DNA of 64,000 nt from Chiloscyllium plagiosum. Taxonomy: Eukaryota. A program made the position numbers and the translations under genes. Shown here in pieces: positions 13,093-26,210 of the stretch (positions within the stretch are counted from its first letter, which is position 1; each line of letters starts with the position of its first letter). The notes under the pieces are model-generated. The model did no database searches and was not told where the DNA came from. It saw only the letters and a program-made list of their open reading frames with translations. Location of the stretch: positions 3,709,639-3,773,638 of the forward strand of contig NC_057752.1 of assembly GCF_004010195.1 (NCBI RefSeq). Reading direction: 5' to 3'.

Positions 13093-13624
13093 TGCCACCA
13101 TGTTCCCACATCAACATTCCCCATCACAGGCCCGCCACCATGTTCCCACACCAACATTCCCCATCACAGGCCTGCCACCATGTTCCCGCACCAACATTCC
13201 CCATCACAGGCCTGCCACCATGTTCCCACATCAACATTCCCCATCACAGGCCTGCCACCATGCTCCCACACCAACATTCCCGTCACAAGCCTGCAGCAGT
13301 GTTCCCACACCAACATTCCCATCGCAGGCCTGCTGCAGTGTTCCCACACCAACATTCCCCACCACAGGCCTGCTGCAGTGTTCCCACACCAACATCCCCC
13401 ATCGCAGGCCTGCTGCAGTGTTCCAACACCAACGTTCCCCATCACAGGCCTGCTGCAGTGTTCCCACACCAACATTCCCCATTGCTGTCCTGCTGCAGTG
13501 TTCCCACACCAACATTCCCCATTGCTATCCTGCTGCAGTGTTCCCACACCAACATTCTCCATTGCTGTCCTGCTGCAGTGTTCCCACACCAACATTCCCC
13601 ATCACAGGCCTGCTGCAGTGTTCC
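13093..13624 (+). repeat. Minisatellite, ~13 copies of a 39-40 bp unit
   Basis: Unit tgctgcagtgttcccacaccaacattccccatcacaggcc; first five units carry the gccacca variant. Confidence 0.95.
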
Positions 13625-13659
13625 ATCGCTGGACTCCAAATGTTATGTCTGCTCTTGTC

Positions 13660-15015
13660 CCAAAAATGCTGCCGGACCGATTCCATTCTCCCAGTTCCTC
13701 TGTCTCCATCGCATCTGTTCTGATGACGCCAACTTCGACAAGGGAGCTCCGAAATGTCCACCTTATTCCTCAACCGAGGATTCTCCAGCACCATTGTCGA
13801 CAAAGCCCTCAACCGGGTCCGATCCATGTCTGTACTTTGGCTCTCACTCCCCCTCTTCCTTCCTCCTTGTCCTTACTTACCATCCCACCAGCATCTGCCT
13901 CCAGAGGATCATGAGCAGCCATTTCTGCCAGATGCCAGCAAGATGCTACCACCAGACACATGGTCCCCTCCCTCCCATGTCCACCTTTCACAGGGACCGT
14001 TCACTCTGGGACATCCTGGTCTACTCTTTCTTCACTCCCAACATCCCTCCACAATCCCACGGCACCTTCCCCTGCAATCGCTCAAGGTGCAACACTTGCC
14101 CATTTACCTCCTCCCTCCTCCGTATCCAAGGGCCCAAACACACGTTTCAGGTGAAGCAGCACTTTATCTGCATTTTCCACAATCTGGTCTATTACTGATC
14201 ACAATGTGGTCTTCTCTGCGTTGGGGAATGAAACGTCGACTGTGTGACCATTTCGCAGAACATCTACGTTCTGCCTGCAAAAAGACCCTGAGCCTCCAGT
14301 TGCCTGTTACTTTAACATACCACCCTATTCCCTGGTCAACATCTCCTGTCCCAGGTTTGCAGCAGTATTCCAGCGAAGCTCAGCGCAAGCTGGGAAACCA
14401 ACACCTCATTGTCTGCTTGGGGACCCTGCAAACCTCCGGATTCAATACTGTGTTCAACAACTTTAGGGCCTGAACTCCCCCCATGACCAAGTCCTCATCC
14501 CACACACACCAGGCCTCGCTATCACACAGTCTGCTATTACATACAATCCATTGTTAGCCACTAACAGTTTCCATTAACAGCTAAATAAAAACCGAAAGAA
14601 CTGTGGATGCTGGAAATCAGAAGCAAAAACAGAAGTTGCTGGAAAAGCTCAGCAGGTCTGGCAGCATCTGTGAAGAGAAATCACTTCTCGGGTCCGGTGA
14701 CCCTTCCTCAGAACTTTCCCATTAACAGCTATTCACCCTCCCAGCCAGATCTTTATCCACTCCTTTGTCTGTCCAACTGTCCTTCTCTCTCTTTGGGCTC
14801 CATCCCTCCCTCTCGTTTACTCCTTACCTCCTTCCCCCACCCTAGCTTCTGCACATAAACCAACATTTTCCGAGTTCCCATCAGTTCTGGGGAAGGGTCA
14901 CTCAACCCGGAACGTTAACTCTGAGTTCTCTCCACAGATTCTGCCCGATCTGCTGAGTTACACGAGCGATCTCTGTGTCTGTTTCAGACCTCCAGCAGCT
15001 GCAGTTTTTTGGCTT
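13660..15015 (+). mobile_element. Penelope-like 3' half: RT C-terminus, GIY-YIG endonuclease and pLTR
   Basis: IPFSQFLCLHRICSDD, GTFPCNRSRCNTCP, KRRLCDHFAEHLRS, HLIVCLGTLQTSGFN; terminal repeat with degenerate hammerhead core near 14885. Confidence 0.88.
14584..14714 (-). mobile_element. pLTR fragment inserted into a pLTR of the same family
   Basis: Flanked by tttccattaacagcta (14568) / tttcccattaacagcta (14715); starts at GTTCTGAGGAAGGG on the minus strand. Confidence 0.7.
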
Positions 15016-16338
15016 TATTTTAGAGGCTAATGACTTGTTGTGTCTAATTTGTCATGGGCTGCTTTGTAGTGAGCATCTTGTCTTATCCCCAAGGACAGTA
15101 TTTATACAATCAAACCTTCAAATACCACACTGGTATATACCCAAGCCAGTTAACTCCCATCACATTGCATTTGACTGACATACAAGCCCATACATGTTAC
15201 AATTATAGTGTCAGAATGAACAAATTGTTAAATTTGATGGAGAAGAACTGCCCTTTTTTTTTCAAAAAAAAAAGCAAAGGAAGAAGTCTGTGTGTATAGC
15301 GTAGTTCTGGATGAAGGAACCGGGTGATAATTCCAACAGATTCCTTCTGCACTGTGTTGTGCTTTGGGAAATGGCATTGTACATTCATGGCTGAGGTGCA
15401 GAATTTAGATTGTTAGCATTAAGTGCAAGATGTCACTCAAAATATACTGATGTTGCAGCAACTATGTCCCAATTATCTTGATTTTAAAAGAGTCAAAAGG
15501 ATATTTAGAAATACAGAAACTAAGAGCAGGAGTTGGCCGTTCAGCCCTTCGAGTCTGTTCCACCACTCAATCTGATCACGGCTGACCATTCAACTCAGTC
15601 CCCTGTTCCTGCTTCCCACCCACTCCCCCAGCCTTTCATTCACTTTAAGCCCAGGAACCACATCTAACCCCTTCTTAAAAACTTTCAATGTTTTCCCCTC
15701 AACCACTTTCTGTGGCAGAGAATTCCACAGGCTCCCCACTCTCTTGGGTGAAGACATTTATTTTAGAAAGGCATCACAAAGTCCATCCATTTTTCATTGC
15801 CTGACTTGGTGCCAGAAAAGCCTCACAATCTGCAAGCTTCCCTCCACATTCAAAACTGACCTTGGGCTGTGTTTTCCAGACAGTCACTCAGCTTTGTGGC
15901 TTGACACGGACTGGCCAGTGGAGTCTGCTGATGCTGTTAGTGGATAGTGAACAACAGCAGTCGTGATTCGAGAGGTTGTGAACTGTTTAATTCGAAGTTC
16001 ATTGCTTATTGCAGCATGACTAATGGCCATTCAGAAAAAGGGCAGCAGAATAGCGCTTCTTTTAAAATGAGAGGTGGTGCGCCCACTTCACTGAATCACA
16101 CTTGCCAAGAATTAGCTGTGGCTCAGCAAGAGGCCACTCGCCTCTTTTGGATGGCATGTTCAATCAAAGTCATGTCTGCCCTCTCAGGCGGACATAAGCC
16201 ATCCTATGCCTGTATATTGAACAAGAACACGTGAGCAATCTGCTCCCAGCTATGTGTGGCCTGAGCAGATTCTACATGTGGAATTAAATAAAGAGCATGT
16301 TAGCCAGTAGCATTCAGGTAGTTTTTATCCTCACCAAA

Positions 16339-16806
16339 GAGTCATAGAGATGTACAGCACAGAAACAGATCCTTCAGTCTAACATAGCCATGCTGACCGG
16401 ATATGCTAAATTAATCTAGTCCCATTTGCCAGCACTTGGCCTATACCCCTCTCAACCCTTCCTATTCATATAGCCATCCAGATGCCTTTTAAATGCTGTA
16501 ATTGTACCAACCTCCACCACATCCTCTGGCAGCTCATTCCATACACGTACCACCCTCTGCGTGAAAAAAGTTGCCCCTTAGGACCCTTTTAAATCTTTCT
16601 CCTCTCACCCTAAACCTATGCCGTCTAGTTCTGGACTTGCCCCACCCCCAGGGGAAAGACTTTATCTATTTACCCTTTCCATGCCCCTCATGATTTTATA
16701 GACCTCAACAAGGTCACCCCTCAGCCTCCGACGCTCCAGGGAAAACAGCCTCAGTCTATTCAGCCTCTCCCTATCGCTCAAATCTTCCAATCCTGGCAAC
16801 ATCCTT
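16339..16806 (-). mobile_element. CR1 LINE 3' end
   Basis: Reverse complement of the CR1 3' end at 23017-23435. Confidence 0.88.
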
Positions 16807-16829
16807 CTCTCTCCAAAATGTGGGGATGT

Positions 16830-17545
16830 TTATTGATGATTGGACAGTTCTGTGCCACTCGGCATACATTGGACATTGAAGCAGTTCCTGTCGATATGCA
16901 GTAAAACCAGGATTGGACTAATTGTCCCACGCAAGTGTCAAGCAATGACCAGCTTTAATAAGAGAGAATCTAACCATTGTCCCTTGAGGTTCAATAGCAT
17001 TATCGTCGCTGAATCCCACACTATGAACATCCTGGTGAGTACCATTGGCTGTAAACTGAACTAAGCCAGCCATGTAAATACTGTGGCAGGTCAGAGGCAA
17101 GGAATCCTGCAGCAAGTAACTCACTTCCTGACTCCCCAAAACCTGTCCACCATCTACAAGGAACCATGTGTGATGGGATACTTCTTGCCTGCAGCTCCAA
17201 CAACATCAAAAAGCTCAATACCATCAGGACAAAGCAGCCCCCGCTTGATTGGAACCATACCCACAAGCATCCACTCCCCCCACCACCGACGCTCAGTAGC
17301 AGCGGTGTGTACCATCTACACGATGCACTGCAGAAATTCACCAAAGATCTTCAGACAGCACTTTCCAAACCTGCAAGCTCTATCACCTAGAAGGACATGG
17401 GCAGCAAGTGTTTGTAAAACTGCAGGTTCCCCTCCAAGTCACACAGCATCCTGACTTGGAAATATATCGCTGTTCCTTCACCGTCACTGGGTCAAAATCC
17501 TGGAATTTCCACCCTCCCTCGCGGGATTGTGGATGTACTAGGACT
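16830..17545 (+). mobile_element. LINE RT C-terminal fragment (CR1/L2-related)
   Basis: THFLTPQNLSTIYK, NIKKLNTIRTK and RRSVAAVCTIY motifs. Confidence 0.65.
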
Positions 17546-17555
17546 TCATCAGTAT

Positions 17556-17738
17556 AAGGTCTGGCAGCATCTGTGGAGAGAAATCAGAATCAACGTTTTG
17601 GGTCCAGCGAGCCTTCTTCAGAACGAAATGTGAATTCTGATTTCTCTCCACAGATAGATACAGGCAGACCTGCTGAGATTCTGCAACAGGTCCTGCTTTT
17701 GTTCCAGATTTCTAGCATGTACAGTCCTTTCGGTTTTT
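17556..17738. mobile_element. Inverted Penelope pLTR fragments
   Basis: Minus arm ends at the hammerhead-like core (gttctgaagaagg...), followed by a plus arm. Confidence 0.65.
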
Positions 17739-18080
17739 AATCATGAAAACACGGTTATCGGGGAATTATCACATTGTTGTTTCTGGGAGCTTGCTGTGCA
17801 CAAATTGACCTCCAGATTTCCTACATTGCAACAGGGACCAGCCTTGGACAACGCTTCTTCGGTTCGAATGTTCTTCGAGAGGTGAGTTTGTCACGAAAAG
17901 TGTTACATGAATGCAATTTCTTCCTTCTTCACAAGTGTTGCATCTGCTTTCAGTGAAACTTAATGCAGTCATCCAAAAGAAACGAAACCCTCAGAATTGC
18001 CAGTTTCTTTTGTATAGACCATACAAGGATCTAACAGACAAGACACCATTAAACAACTTCCAGAGCGACAGACACTGACG

Positions 18081-18967
18081 CAGGGACAGCACAGGGTTAG
18101 ATACAGAGTAAAGCTGCCTCTACACCGTGCCCATCAAACACTCTCAGGACAGGGAAAGCACGGGGTTAGATATAGAGTAAAGCTGCCTCTACATTGCCCC
18201 TATCAAACACTCCCAGGACAGGGACAGCACAAGGTTAGATACAGAGTAAAGCTCCCTCTACACTGTCCCCCATCAAACACTGCCAGGACAGGGATAGCAC
18301 GGGGTTAGATCCAGGGTAAAACTGCCACTACACTGTCTCCCCATCAAACACTGCCAGGACAGGCACAGCACAGGGTTAGATACAGAGTAAAGCTCCCTCT
18401 ACACTGTCCCCCATCAAACACTGCCAGGACAGGGATAGCACGGGGTTAGATCCAGGGTAAAACTGCCACTACACTGTCTCCCCATCAAACACTGCCAGGA
18501 CAGGCACAGCACAGGGTTAGATATAGAGTAAAGCTCCCTCTACACTGTCTCCCCATCAAACACTACCAGGACAGGGACAGCACAGGGTTAGATATAGAGT
18601 AAAGCTCCCTCTACACTGTCTCCCCATCAAACACTACCAGGACAGGGACAGCACAGGGTTAGATATAGAGTAAAGCTCCCTCTACACTGTCTCCCCATCA
18701 AACACTACCAGGACAGGGACAGCACAGGGTTAGATATAGAGTAAAGCTCCCTCTACACTGTCTCCCCATCAAACACTACCAGGACAGGGACAGCACAGGG
18801 TTAGATATAGAGTAAAGCTCCCTCTACACTGTCTCCCCATCAAACACTACCAGGACAGGGACAGCACAGGGTTAGATATAGAGTAAAGCTCCCTCTACAC
18901 TGTCTCCCCATCAAACACTACCAGGACAGGGACAGCACAGGGTTAGATATAGAGTAAAGCTCCCTCT
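18081..18967 (+). repeat. Tandem repeat, ~12.5 copies of a 69-71 bp unit
   Basis: Unit ggttagatatagagtaaagctccctctacactgtctccccatcaaacactaccaggacagggacagcacag; the six units from 18515 are identical. Confidence 0.97.
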
Positions 18968-19451
18968 GTTCTCCATATGGAATGAGAAAGATCTCCTTCA
19001 TACAATAATTTTACTAAGTGGAAAATAATGGAGAGTTGAGAGTAATCAAGATACACTTCTGGTATGAAACACAAGCATGATGTTTTAATGGCTCTGACAT
19101 AGGATCACTGGACCTGAAACATTAACTCTGTTTCTCTCTCGACAGGTGCTGTCAGTCCTACTGAGTTTCTCTCGCACTTTCTGTTCTTGTTTTGTTGGGT
19201 GGCACGGTAGCACAGTGGTTAGCACTGCTGCCTCACAGCGCCAGAGGCCCAGGTTCAATTCCCACCTCAGGCGACTGACTGTGTGGAGTTTGCACGTTCT
19301 CCCCGTGTCTGCGTGGGTTTCCTCCCGCAGGCCAGGTGAATTGGCCATGCTGAAATTGCCCGTAGTATTAGGTGAAGGGGAAATTGTGGGTCGGTGTGGA
19401 CTTGTTGGGCCGAAGGGCCTGTTTCCACACTGTAAGTAATCTAATCTATCT
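18968..19451 (+). repeat. Segment duplicated in inverted orientation at 54139-54629 (unique DNA + pLTR piece + SINE)
   Basis: Direct comparison with the reverse complement of 54139-54629. Confidence 0.93.
19199..19448 (+). mobile_element. HE1/V-SINE-like
   Basis: A/B boxes, V core, CR1-like tail. Confidence 0.85.
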
Positions 19452-19454
19452 TAA

Positions 19455-20257
19455 ATGGTTATTAGGCCTAAGTTAGCCCTAACCAAGTCTCCATGTCCCA
19501 AATGATTAAGGCCGCCCGTTTCAGGACTTACATATTCTGTAGCTCCCTCCCACCCGACCCCCCCCCCCAACGACCGTTTAAGATTTAGCAGTGCTTCTGC
19601 CAAAACAAAAGTCATGGTTTTTGAAATGGCAAATCGAATTTCAGCAGAGCGGTCGCTCAATCCAGCATTTTGGTTTTAAAGGATTGGTGAGAACAGACCT
19701 CTCTGCTAGGGGATTATATTGTGCGTTTTTTCAAAGAAGCTTGACACTGACTAGCATCGCATTCTCCCAGCATCCCACTTTCTCGCTCGCCCATTATGAA
19801 ACTAGACTCTGAAGGGCCCTCGCTGCATCACTGCTGCTGCCTTGCACTTTCAAAATGCCTACCTCTCTGGGTTTGCCGAGTCTTACTGGAGACAATGTTT
19901 CTTGTTTCTTACAATCATCTTCGATCTTCTATTGTTGCATTGCGGTCACGCTTTCAGTTTATTCAATCAATAAACAATTAAGCCTGTCTAGATCTCAATT
20001 TATGTTATTAAAGTTTAAAAATGGCATCATTTCTTCTCTGATAATCTTATTCTTAAATTGACCTTATTACATTTAGTTGAGAGGCCTTGCGAACGTTACT
20101 TGATGGGAAAGGGAGGGCTCCTCAGAGGCTGGCTTATCCCTGACTAACAGAGTTGTAAATGTTACGTTGCTAAATCTTAAGTAAGTCCTGAAACGGGCGG
20201 CCTTAATCATTTGGGACATGGAGACTTGGTTAGGGCTAACTTAGGCCTAATAACCAT
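19455..20257. repeat. Perfect 77-bp inverted repeat (19455-19531 / 20181-20257)
   Basis: atggttattaggcctaag...caggacttac vs gtaagtcctg...cctaataaccat; additional inner 13-bp inverted repeat 19578-19590 / 20168-20180. Confidence 0.95.
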
Positions 20258-20558
20258 CACTTACAGGAGAATCCCACATAAACTGAAGAAGATCACAGGC
20301 ATAGGGCCTTGAACTGGGGGCTGCGCGAGACTGGCCCCTGGCAATCAGGATGGATAGCACAATCAGTGTGGTATCTCTGCATGGGACTTTCGTTTTCAAG
20401 CAGATCATGGTTTTGTATTTTGAAAGCCTGTTGGCGATATTAAGTGGACAACCTTTAAGGGTAACCCTATCTGCACTTGGACTGAGCCATTAACACACAG
20501 CACTGGGGGACTGAACGAAGCCATTCAGCCCACCAGGGGTGTACTGACTCATTGAAAG

Positions 20559-20662
20559 TGTCGATTTTGCTGCTCCTTGGATGCTGCCTGAACTGCTGTG
20601 CTCTTCCAGCACCACTAATCCAGAATCTGGTTTCCAGCATCTGCAGTCATTGTTTTTACCTC
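20559..20662 (+). mobile_element. Penelope pLTR fragment
   Basis: gtcgattttgctgctccttggatgctgcctg...ccagcatctgcag. Confidence 0.7.
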
Positions 20663-20829
20663 GGTTATCCAATCAGTCCTACTCCCTTTCCCCAGTAAGA
20701 ACATGCAGAAGGCTATGAGCTCCTTTGCTAGCCTAGCAAGTGGACACTTCCTGGTACTGATGAAGGCAGGGTTCATGTCGGTTTCATCTTGATGTTATGA
20801 TGTGGAGATGCTGGTGCTTGTGACTTACA

Positions 20830-23435
20830 AGAGCAAGGGGATGTGATAGATGGCAGTTATAGGAAGGGGGGGAAGTCTCAGATACAGTCACATAGATGTG
20901 TTAACTCCAGGAAAGGTAAGAGAGGTAAGCAGGTAATGCAGGAGTCTTCTGTGGCTATCCCCATTTCAAACAAGTATGCTGTTTTGGAAAATGTAGGGAG
21001 TGATGGATTCTCAGGGGCACGTAGCACAAACAGCCAAGTTTCTGGTATTGAGACTGGCTCTAATGCAATGAGGGGTACGTCAGCTTCCAAGAGATCGACT
21101 GTGTTAGGGGACTCTCTAGTCTGAGGTACAGACAGACGTTTCTGTGGCCAGCAGCGAAAAATCAGAATGGTGTGTTGCTTCCCTGGTTATGGTAGGGGAT
21201 TTTAACTTTCCAAACATAGACTGGGACTGCAATAGCGTTAAGGGATTAGATGGAGAGGAATTTGTTAATTGTGTACAAGAAAATTTGCTGATTCAGTATA
21301 TGGATGTACCTATGAGAGAAGGTGCAAAACTTGACCTACTCTTGGGAAATAAGGCAGGGAAGGTGACTGAGGTGTCAGTGGGGGAGCACTTTGGGGCCAG
21401 CGACCATAATTCTATTAGTTTTAAAATAGTGATGGAAAAGGATAGACCAGATACAAAAGTTGAAGTTCTAAACTGGAGAAAGGCCAATTTTGATGGTATT
21501 AGGCAAGAACTTTCAAAAGCTGACTGGGGGCAGATGTTTGCAGGTAAAGGAACAGATAGAAAATGGGAAGCCTTCAGAAATGAGATAACGAGAGTCCAGA
21601 GAAAGTATATTCCTGTTAGGGAGAAAGGAAAGGCTGGTAGGTATAGGGAATGCTGGGTGACTAAAGAAATTGAGGGTTTGATTAAGTAAAAGAAGGAAGC
21701 ATATGTCAGGTATAGACAGGATAGATCGAGGGAATCCTTAGAAGAGCCAGTGGGAGTATACTTAAGAGGGAAATCAGGAGGGCAAAACAGGGACATGAGA
21801 TAGCTTTGGCAAATAGGGTTAAGGAGAATCCAAAGGGTTTTTACAAATACATTAAGGACAAAATGGTAATTAGGGAGAAAATAGGGCCCCTCAAAGATCA
21901 GCAAGACGGCCTTTGTGTGGAGCTGCAGGAGATACTAAACGAATATTTTGAATCAGTATTTACTGTGGAAAAGGACATGGAAGATATAGAATGTATGGAA
22001 ATAGATGGTGACATCTTGAAAAATGTCCATATTTCAGAGGAGGAAGTGCTGGACGTGTTGAAACGCATAAAAGTGGATAAATCCCCAAGACCTGATCAGG
22101 TGTACCCGAGAACTCTGTGGGAAGCTAGAGAAGTGATTGCGGGGCATCTTACTGAGATATTTGTATCATCGATAGTCACAGGTGAGGTGCCAGAAGACTG
22201 GAGGTTGGCTAACGTGGTGCCACTGTTTAAGAAAGGTGGTAAAAACAAGCCAGGGAACTATAGACCGGTGAGCCTGACCTTGGTGGTGGGCAAGTTGTTG
22301 GAGGGAATCCTGAGGGACAGGATGTACATGTATTTGGAAAGGCAAGGACAGACTAGGAATAGTCAACATGGCTTTGTGTGTGGGAAATCATGTCTCACAA
22401 ACTTTATTGTGTTTTTTTGAAGAAGTAACAAAGAGGATTGATGAGGGCAGAGCAGTAGATGTGATCTATATAGACTTCAGTAAGGCATTTGATAAGGTTC
22501 CCCATGGGAGACTGGTTAGCAAAGTTAGATCTCATGGAATGCAGGGAGAATTAGCCATTTGGATACAGAACTGGCTCAAAGGTAGAAGACAGAGGACAGT
22601 GGTGGAGGGTTGTTTTTCAGACTGGAGGCCTGTGACCAGTGGAGTGCTACAAGGATCAGTGCAGGGTCCTCTACTTTTCATCATTTATATAAATGATTTG
22701 GATGTGAACATTAGAGGTATAGTTAGTAAGTTTGCAGATGACACCAAAATTGGAGGTGTAGTGGACAGCGAAGAGGGTTACCTCAGATTACAACAGGATC
22801 TTGACCAGATGGGCCAATGGGCTGAGAAGTGGCAGATGGAGTTTAATTCAGATAAATGCGAGGTGTTGCATTTTGGGAAAGCAAATCTTAGCAGGACTTA
22901 TACACTTAATGGTAAGGTCCTAGGGAGTGTTGCTGACCAAAGAGACCTTNNNNNNNNNNNNNNNNNNNNNNNNNNNNNNNNNNNNNNNNNNNNNNNNNNN
23001 NNNNNNNNNNNNNNNNAGGCTGGGGCTGTTTTCCCTGGAGCGTCGGAGGCTGAGGGGTGACCTTATAGAGTTTTATAAAATCACGAGGGGCATGGATAGG
23101 ATAAATAGAGAAAGTCTTTTCCCTGGGGTGGGGGAGTCCAGAACTAGAGGGCATAGGTTCAGGGTGAGAGGGGAAAGATATAAAAGAGACCTAAGGGGCA
23201 ACGTTTTCACACAGAGGGTGGTACGTGTATGGAATGAGCTGCCAGAGGAAGTGGTGGAGGCTGGTACAATTGCAACATTTAAAAGGCATCTGGATGGATA
23301 TATGAATAGGAAGAGTTTGGAGGACTATGGGCCAGTTGCTGGCAAATGGGACTAGGTTGGGTTGGGATATCTGGGCGGCATGGACGAGTTGGACCGAAGG
23401 GTCTGTTTCCGTGCTGTACATCTCTATGACTCTGT
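20830..23435 (+). mobile_element. Long CR1 LINE copy (ORF1 esterase remnant, endonuclease, RT, 3' UTR), decayed
   Basis: TVLGDSLV (GDSL-like), MVGDFNFPNIDW, LDLLLGN, SDHNSI, NYRPVSLT, SKFADDTK; internal deletion; contains a gap. Confidence 0.93.
22950..23016. other. Assembly gap (67 N)
   Basis: Run of N. Confidence 1.
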
Positions 23436-23599
23436 GACACTATTTCAAATAAAGATACAGGACGATAGCCTGGTGTCATGTGACTTCTGACTCCATCTTG
23501 ATGTTGGGAGCAAGTTGCTTTATCTTTTATGCATCCAAGAGGTGGTCAAACAAAATTCTCACCAGGCAACAGTGAGTTGCCTATGAAGGGGCCTTACTG

Positions 23600-24013
23600 A
23601 TATTTATTAATATTTAGCTTCCTGTCTCATCGAGACATGGAGAATTCTTGATGCGGAAGACCTGGTGATTTTCGCTCACTGCTTGCTGTAAACGGCCCCC
23701 ATGTTGTTCAGCACCCAGTACCTCAGGGCCTGCTCCATCATCACTCACTGTGCAACACTCCTCAATAAGCCATGGTCAGTGTCAGCCATCATGGCACCTC
23801 CCTGATCCAGGCTGCTGAGGAAGCAGAGAGCTGCATGACAGGCTGTACCAATACCTCGCACTAAAAGGCTGCAGCTAGGACAGTGCGTATCCAAGGACAG
23901 GTATCCGGCTCACAGATCGGACCAGGCTGCAGCTCACGCCTCCTCACTTGTTCCCTGAGCACTCGCTCACTCAGTACCCACCTGCATGCCCACAGCTCTG
24001 CCAATTAGCCCAG

Positions 24014-24051
<38 letters not shown>

Positions 24052-26210
24052 CTCCTGGTCAACAGTCTCACTCAGCAGGGGTGGACACCTTGCTGTAGGA
24101 CAGTGTATTCCGTCAATGCCACCCCTGCACCATGTGCCAGCAGGGCACTCAGCAAACTCACTGCATCAGCAGGCAGCAGGCAGCCAAGTCTGAAGGTCTA
24201 AGGGGAGTCAGGCTCACTGAACCCAATGGAGGACTGCTGGTCCAGCACAGTACCTTAAGGGCAGTCACCAGTACAAGCCCAAGGATTGGCTGCGTTCAGA
24301 CAGCCAATAAAGGGGGGTACTCTGTGAGGGGATCCATGTTTCTGCAGTCTGGGTAGCGGCTCACAGTCAGTTCTGGGGCCTGATAGGGGCTAGTTTAGTG
24401 GTGCGGACCAAGAAGGGCTAGTCTGGGGGGTGTGGCTTGATAGGGGCCAGCCTGGGGAGCTGTTGACCAATAGGGGCCAGTGTGCGGATGTTGTGGACAA
24501 TAGTGGCCAGTCTGGGAGGTGTGGCTCGATAGAGGCCAGTCTGGGCAGTACGGCTAAATAGGGGGCAATCTGGCGGGCTGTGGACCAATAAGGGCCAATA
24601 TGAGGGGTGTGGCTCGATAGGGGCCAATCTGGGTGGTGTGGCTCGATAGGGGCCAGTATGGGGGTCTGTGGATCAATAGGGGCCAACCTGGGGGGTGATG
24701 TGGACCAATAGGGATCAGTTTGGAGGGTGTGGCGTGATAGGGGCCAGTCTGGGAGGTGTGGCTCAATAGGGTCCAGTCTGGGAGGTGATGTGGACCAATA
24801 GGGGCCAGTCTAGGGGGTGCAGTGGGGCTAATGCAGTTAGAGAGATGAACAAACATTGGTCAGGAGTCTTGGAACACCTCATCCAGAGTAATCCAGGTAG
24901 GTCATCAAGTGGATGACGCACAGTTGGACCGTTTGATCCATCCGAAGAAACTAAGGGTAAGAGAGGTCAGAGGGCACCAGAGGACATACTGCTTGGGAAG
25001 AAGACTTGGGACCTTATTGATGGGGATTGCAGACTGAGGTCAATAGAGGGGTAAGACAAATGTGAAGGAGGGCAACAGTAGTTGCATGGTGGGGGGTAAG
25101 CGTTGAGGGGACCAGGGTAATACCGGAGGGGTGTTCAGGAGCACCCTGACTTCATGGAGGGGAGAGAGTGTTGGACCATATCAAGCATGGTCACCGGGTG
25201 GGTGGCAAGCCAGAGAGCTGCAAAACCAATGGGGTTAACGGGAAAGCAAGGGAATCAGAACGCTCAGTGACACAAACATCTGGAGGCTGGAATCCACTGG
25301 CTGAAGAGCGTTCATTATCACCTTGCATCACGCTGGAGATCAAAAACGCTGGAGAAGAAATAACCGTGAGTGCACCCAGAGTGGCGAGGCCTACTCCCCT
25401 TGGACTTTGAGATCTCACTGCTGGCTCGCCTCACAGCCAGTGTGTTTGGTACACAAGTGTCTCAGGCTCTGTGTGGGAGGAGGCTGTCAGACCCACCAAC
25501 GTGAGGCCCTTTAGAGGGCAATAACATGACCCACAGCCCCACGCACTGTTCAGGATACAGGCATTCAGGGTCCCTCATCCCAGATCCGAATGCATTGGCT
25601 CCCTGTGTGCTGTACATTTCCAGACAGCACTGCCCATTTCATTCAACACCAACACACATAGGCACAAAGGCCAGGGAAGGAATGGGGCTGTTTAACCAGG
25701 AGGTGCCAGCAGACCCACTGCCCTATTTCCCAGTGGCTTTCAACATTGACATCAATCCATCCTGTATAGACACGGAGTTAGACATCATAGCAACATTCAG
25801 GGATACACCACACCCAAACATACATGTACAAAACCCGTTAAATTTAGACTCTGCCCCCAAAGTGCCTCCAAAATGTTTTTTTTTCTTGACATTGGAAGCA
25901 AGGCAGTGAGGGAAAATGTTGTGTCGAACAGTGAGCGTGGCAGAGCACCAGCCTTTTTCATAGGAGGATGCAGGAACAGAGATGGAGTGAGTGTGCAAAG
26001 AGAAGTGTACCACCTACCCTGGTGCAACAGAGAAGGTCATTGACTAACCTTTGGTAAGGACTGGGTGAGTGGGACCCCATGGGGATGGGCTATATAGTTA
26101 ATGAGCTGAGTTTGGTAAGATGTGGTGGGAAATCTCGCGAGGCCTCGCGGCCAGAAATCCTCCAAAATACCCGACACAACTTAGTCAAAAAAACAAATGA
26201 TTTAGCACAA
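23600..26210. mobile_element. Possible decayed PIF/Harbinger-like DNA transposon
   Basis: Weak similarity to a transposase C-terminus (FRSLL...IITHCATLLN) and a Myb-like ORF (RESERSVTQTSGG..PLAEERSL); no clear TIR pair. Confidence 0.3.
24385..24830 (+). repeat. G-rich minisatellite, ~29-33 bp units, ~14 copies
   Basis: Two unit types: ggggccagtctgggaggtgtggctcgata and ggggccagtctgggaggtgatgtggaccaata. Confidence 0.9.

Noticed and set aside
13031..14198. Long ORFs (230-368 aa) with His/Pro/Cys repeats
   Set aside because: Produced by a stop-free 40-bp minisatellite fused to PLE remnants; open in most frames on both strands
18081..18967. CRISPR-like regular repeats (also 54630-56279 and 24385-24830)
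   Set aside because: Contiguous tandem units without unique spacers, no cas genes, vertebrate context
19578..20180. TTAA-flanked element (piggyBac/Kolobok-like)
   Set aside because: Only 9 bp of inverted match beyond TTAA; better treated as part of the larger inverted repeat
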